Of a stretch of 10,000 bases of DNA, positions 6,411 to 10,000 are shown one piece after another. The first letter of the stretch is position 1. Each line of letters starts with the position of its first letter. This stretch comes from Clostridia bacterium (lineage in GTDB: Bacteria > Bacillota > Clostridia > Oscillospirales > CAG-272): contig JAPXNL010000047.1 of NCBI GenBank assembly GCA_033808535.1, positions 3,884 to 13,883 on the forward strand. Reading direction: 5' to 3'. The notes under the pieces were generated by a model. It made no database searches and had not been told where the DNA came from. It saw only the letters and a list, made by a program, of their open reading frames with translations. The position numbers and the translations under genes are program-made.

Positions 6411-9400
6411 CACCTTATCCAATAACGCCGCATAACTGTCCACTACGTCATATACAACAGAATCCGTGCTGATAGCCTTAAAATGCTCGCGAGCGCAGTG
6501 GATTTTTGCTTCCTCGACCATACGCAGCTGCATGGTGGACATGGAGCCTTTCGTCTCGGCAACAAAGTAGATATGCTTCACTTTGCCCTCGTGAAAAGCT
6601 ATCGCCCAGTCGGGGTTATATTTTCCTACAGGTGTGCTAATAAAAAAGCCATTCGGCAGCTTTACATAGACCGCCACTTCATTGCTGGTATCAACGCTCT
6701 CCGCAAAGGTTCTCTCATTTGAGGAATCATATAGGATATGGTCATATAGATGCTTCTTCGCGGCTATTGCGTTCACACCAAGCTGTCCCTTTAATGATGG
6801 TTCGGTAAAAATGGTGGTATCATAAACGGCATCCAGCTTATTGTAAGTGATGTGCTGAATGATGGTCGTTGCTTTTTGCTCGTTAATGATCTGTGCTGCC
6901 TTAATAATGAATTCCTCCGGATTATTCGCAAACTGGTCAAATACAGCCTTTTCTATTCCACGCAGGATGCTTACAACAGCTTTTCTGGTAAGGCCAGTTT
7001 CGGCGACCACTTTACCGACGAGGTCATATTTTACCGCGCTGCTTGCGGAAATTTCAGCTTTGTAAACCTCGTTTTCCTCCTTCAAGAAGGCTGACCCCTG
7101 TTGCAGTTGTTCCCGTGATTGAATATCGGTCATCGACCCGGTTTCTACCTTGAAAAATATTTTAGATACACGCAGTTCTCGGTTCAGCGCCGATATTGCT
7201 TTCTGAATCAATTCATCCTGGTCGAATTCCACCACATATACAGACTTGGCGTTTATATTAGCCCATAACTTCTGGAATTCCGGCAAGCCCAGCTTGGATT
7301 TGTCAAGCTTCAATTCAACATTGTTTTTCCGTGCGTTCTCAGGCTGCATGGCCCGGCTGTCGTAAATAGAATCGAGAATTGCTATTATTGACTCTTTGCA
7401 ATCGGCGGCTTCTTCGGCGATTTCAAGACTGCCGTTTTTCTTATCCTCATAATATTTGTCTGTAAGGATACCTTTCTTTACATATCCGCTGGTGATAAGC
7501 CCCTCGTAAATACTCTGGGCAAGTTCGATGTCTACAACCTGTTCAGCGCCGCCGGCATCTTTTATTACTTTGTTCTTAAAGAGATCTGCCGTTACCATTC
7601 GCGGCCTGTCGGCTACAGCCTCGGCAAGCTCGGTTTGAAGGCCTTTGGCGAAGCTGTCATAGCTTTCGTTCGCAATAACGGTAAGAACATTCACGTTATG
7701 GACATCCTCGCCCAGCAGGTTCGTATCCATACGTTCTCCGTATTGATTTACGGAGAGACGTAAGCCCCGCCCGACTTCCTGACGCTTGCGGACATCGCTG
7801 CCGCTCTGCTTGAGGGTGCATATCTGAAACACATTCGGATTGTCCCAGCCTTCACGGAGAGCAGAGTGAGAGAAAATAAACCTCACCGGCTCCCGGAGGT
7901 CCAGCAATCGCTCTTTATTTTTCATAATCAGGTCATAAGCGTCCGCATCGTCGGAGGTGCGCTCCTGCCTGTCGCCCAGCTTGCTGTCAATCATACGCTG
8001 GCTCTTTTTGTCTATGGAAAAATATCCCGCATGGGTTTCCTCAGCGGTTATACCGTCAAGATATTTAAAATACTCATCGCCATCACCGATTTCAAGCTGA
8101 AGGTTACTGATCACTTGCTTGTATTCTTCCTCGAACATATCGGCATACAGGCCATTAAAGGCTTGCCCGGAAGCGTCGTACTGCTTGTACTTTGCAACTT
8201 CATCAATGAAGAAAAGCGACAATACCTTGATGCCTTTATAGAACAACTGCCGTTCCCGCTCGATGTGAGAGAGGATGGTCTCGCGGATTTGGATGCGCCT
8301 GAGCTGCTCCTCGCTGACCGCCCCGATAACATCACCGGCAAAGAGCTTGATGCCGTTTGTAAACTCGATGGAGCTGTCTCTTCCGTCAATCCGCAACACG
8401 GTGTATCCGTTTTTGTATTCTGCAAGCTCACCGGAATTAGGAAACAGGTTGTACCCCTCGCCGACGGTACGCCGGGTCTTGCGGACACCGCTTGAACCTT
8501 TTACATCAAACTCAATGGTTGCAGTAGGGTTGCCCCTGGATAGGTTGATGCTTTCCAGATATACATATCCTTCGGTTGCCGTGCTGCCCGTAACAGAAAT
8601 GCCCTTAACGGCAATCTTTTTGACCAGCTTTTTGTTGTAGGCTTCCATTGCGTCCAGGCGGTAAATCATATTATAAACGCTGTCCTTCTTGTGTGTTGCG
8701 GAATAGCGCAGCGTAAACAGCGGATTGAATTCTTTCAGGCGCTCCTTTGTGGCAGCGCCTTCCACCGACTGAGGCTCGTCGATAATCAGTATGGGATTGG
8801 TTTTTGCAAGAATATCAATGGGCTTGCGGCTTCTGAACTCGTCCAGCTTCATGTAAATGCGGCGGGCATCCTTGCCGCGGGCGTTAAAGGCCTGCGAATT
8901 GATAATCATCACATTGATGGCGCTGTCTGAAGCGAAGCGGTCTATCTCCGTCAGCTGGGCGGAATTGTAGATAAAATACCGGATTTTCTTTCCGTATTCC
9001 TCCGCAAAATGTTCCTCTGTAATCTGAAAAGATTTATATACGCCCTCGCGTATGGCGACGCTGGGCACAACGACAATGAACTTGCTCCAGCCGTATCGCT
9101 TGTTCAGCTCGTACATGGTTTTAATATATGTATAGGTCTTGCCCACGCCGGTTTCCATTTCCACGGTCAGGTTATACCGGCCCTCCAATTGCCTGGAAGG
9201 CTCAATCTGGTTGCTGCGCTGGATTCTGTTGATGTTTTCGAGGATAACCCCGTCGTTCAATTCCGGCACGAGCCTGGAGTTGCCGAAACCTGTAAAGCGT
9301 TCCGCTTCATCGAGCGCTATTTGCTCGTTTTTTACATAACCCCTGTCCATCATATAGCTGGGCGTGAGGTACGGCTGTCCGGCAAACACGTCACATACCG

Positions 9401-9449
9401 CCTTTGCCGCATCTGCCTGGAATTTTTGATGCTTGAATTTCAGCTTCAT
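6402..9449 (-). CDS. res: Type III restriction endonuclease Res-subunit-like protein: N-terminal SF2 helicase (ResIII) fused to a C-terminal PD-(D/E)xK nuclease
   Basis: 1015 aa. The start is ATG 9449 with an AAGGAGG RBS 9 nt upstream. The N-terminus MKLKFKHQKFQADAAKAVCDVFAGQPY is Res-like. Helicase motif I is METGVGKT, motif II is LIIDEPQ, motif III is YSATHK and motif VI is QEVGRGLRL. A C-terminal PD-ExK motif is present: YNPDWAIAF ... IYFVAETKG. Confidence 0.85.
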   Translation of the reverse strand: MKLKFKHQKFQADAAKAVCDVFAGQPYLTPSYMMDRGYVKNEQIALDEAERFTGFGNSRLVPELNDGVILENINRIQRSNQIEPSRQLEGRYNLTVEMETGVGKTYTYIKTMYELNKRYGWSKFIVVVPSVAIREGVYKSFQITEEHFAEEYGKKIRYFIYNSAQLTEIDRFASDSAINVMIINSQAFNARGKDARRIYMKLDEFRSRKPIDILAKTNPILIIDEPQSVEGAATKERLKEFNPLFTLRYSATHKKDSVYNMIYRLDAMEAYNKKLVKKIAVKGISVTGSTATEGYVYLESINLSRGNPTATIEFDVKGSSGVRKTRRTVGEGYNLFPNSGELAEYKNGYTVLRIDGRDSSIEFTNGIKLFAGDVIGAVSEEQLRRIQIRETILSHIERERQLFYKGIKVLSLFFIDEVAKYKQYDASGQAFNGLYADMFEEEYKQVISNLQLEIGDGDEYFKYLDGITAEETHAGYFSIDKKSQRMIDSKLGDRQERTSDDADAYDLIMKNKERLLDLREPVRFIFSHSALREGWDNPNVFQICTLKQSGSDVRKRQEVGRGLRLSVNQYGERMDTNLLGEDVHNVNVLTVIANESYDSFAKGLQTELAEAVADRPRMVTADLFKNKVIKDAGGAEQVVDIELAQSIYEGLITSGYVKKGILTDKYYEDKKNGSLEIAEEAADCKESIIAILDSIYDSRAMQPENARKNNVELKLDKSKLGLPEFQKLWANINAKSVYVVEFDQDELIQKAISALNRELRVSKIFFKVETGSMTDIQSREQLQQGSAFLKEENEVYKAEISASSAVKYDLVGKVVAETGLTRKAVVSILRGIEKAVFDQFANNPEEFIIKAAQIINEQKATTIIQHITYNKLDAVYDTTIFTEPSLKGQLGVNAIAAKKHLYDHILYDSSNERTFAESVDTSNEVAVYVKLPNGFFISTPVGKYNPDWAIAFHEGKVKHIYFVAETKGSMSTMQLRMVEEAKIHCAREHFKAISTDSVVYDVVDSYAALLDKVLS

Positions 9450-10000
9450 TCGTCCTTGCCTCCTTCGCCCTTTAAGTATTTTGCCATCTCTCTATCAAAT
9501 TGCGAAATATAGTCCCTGTCCTGCCGAACGCGGAACTGCTCGTAGATATCTTCCGCTTTTTTTACAGCATCCTCATGGGAAATCGTGCCTTTGCCTTCAA
9601 GGACTTTCCGGCGGTTGTTCTTAAGAAAGTTATCCGTCTCACGCAGCCAGTCCGCCATGCTCATCGGCACTTCATCCTCTGCCATTAACTCGGCATAGTC
9701 GATAAACATGGTTACAATACGGTTCAGTCGAGAAAGCTCCTTTTCGTTGAGGTAGTTCTTGGCGATAACCACATCCCGTTTGAGAATTTTGCCGTCCGGA
9801 GCCGCTTTCCATGTCGTCAGCCCCATTGTCGGATGTTCAAGGCTGACCCGCTCGGCAATCAGCTCGGCAGCGGTCTTTCCGGTTATGGCATAATGGAGCT
9901 TGTTCTGCACAAAGGAATAAAACTCTTTTGTCAGGCTGCTGTTTTTGTCATAGTCATAGCTGCATTGCTCGAACACATCGGCAATCTTCTGGTAGGCTCT
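9446..10000 (-). CDS. 3' portion of a RhuM-family (PF13310-like) protein gene; the 5' end lies beyond the window
   Basis: The frame is open from 10000 down to TGA 9448-9446, and the track's 'M' at 9976 is an internal GTG. The motifs FVQNKLHYAITGKTAAELIAERV...MGLTTWKAAPDGKILKRDVVIAKNYLNEKELSRLNRIVTMFIDYAELMA...MSMADWL...KGTISHEDAVKKAEDIYEQF match my recollection of RhuM-family C-terminal regions. The stop overlaps the res start as ATGA. Confidence 0.55.
   Translation of the reverse strand, partial: RAYQKIADVFEQCSYDYDKNSSLTKEFYSFVQNKLHYAITGKTAAELIAERVSLEHPTMGLTTWKAAPDGKILKRDVVIAKNYLNEKELSRLNRIVTMFIDYAELMAEDEVPMSMADWLRETDNFLKNNRRKVLEGKGTISHEDAVKKAEDIYEQFRVRQDRDYISQFDREMAKYLKGEGGKDE

Noticed and set aside
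6483-9624. Multiple 60-210-aa ORFs on both strands inside res (e.g. 7866..8495 +, 8111..8488 -, 8275..8640 +, 9009..9512 +)
   Set aside because: They are all nested within the 1015-aa Res ORF, which carries the complete helicase and nuclease motifs. None has a convincing RBS or a recognisable domain.
9446-10000. Possibility that the gene upstream of res is the type III Mod methyltransferase
   Set aside because: The visible ~185 C-terminal residues carry no methyltransferase motifs. Instead they match RhuM-family motifs from memory (GLTTWK, AKNYL, LNRIV). Mod could still lie further upstream, outside the window.
1-10000. CRISPR arrays, tRNA/rRNA genes, transposases or integrases, long direct or inverted repeats
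   Set aside because: Visual inspection found no regularly spaced repeats, no tRNA-like T-loop/acceptor motifs in intergenic regions, and no transposase or integrase-like ORFs. The island boundaries and any mobility genes must lie outside this window.

Overview
The window reads as chromosomal sequence from a Firmicutes-like genome. I infer this from AGGAGG/GGAGG-type ribosome-binding sites, about 50% GC in most genes, and a FloT-like flotillin; the taxonomy is not proven. The plus strand carries four genes (coordinates 1-3664): the 3' end of an unknown gene running in from the left edge, a floT-like SPFH/flotillin gene with an AGGAGG RBS and a downstream hairpin, a small two-transmembrane protein with a C-terminal CxxC...CxxC zinc ribbon, and a signal-peptide/lipoprotein-like protein with a low-complexity T/G/D linker and an F5/8-type-C (discoidin) domain. 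The minus strand (coordinates 10000 down to 3800, convergent with the lipoprotein gene) carries a tightly packed run of four genes. First is the 3' end of a RhuM-family-like gene. Its TGA overlaps (ATGA) the start of a 1015-aa type III restriction Res-like protein with helicase motifs I, II (DEPQ), III (SAT) and VI (QxxGRGxR) and a C-terminal PD-ExK nuclease motif. After a 44-nt gap with a GGGAGGTG RBS comes a 375-aa protein with three N-terminal TM helices and a ~270-aa soluble domain with CARF/SAVED-like features. After a further 57-nt gap with an AAAGGA RBS comes a ~457-aa cGAS/DncV-like nucleotidyltransferase (GS...DxD...D, LLKxF motif) with an extra ~140-aa beta-rich C-terminal domain. 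A strong hairpin with a T-tract follows 9 nt after its stop. The last two genes are markedly AT-richer than everything else in the window (about 35-40% versus about 50% GC by hand count). This suggests a horizontally acquired minimal CBASS-like cyclic-nucleotide signalling pair, in the less common effector-first order, inserted directly downstream of the Res gene inside a defence island. No Mod gene, CRISPR array, tRNA or transposase is visible. All domain assignments rest on motifs recognised by eye, not database searches.
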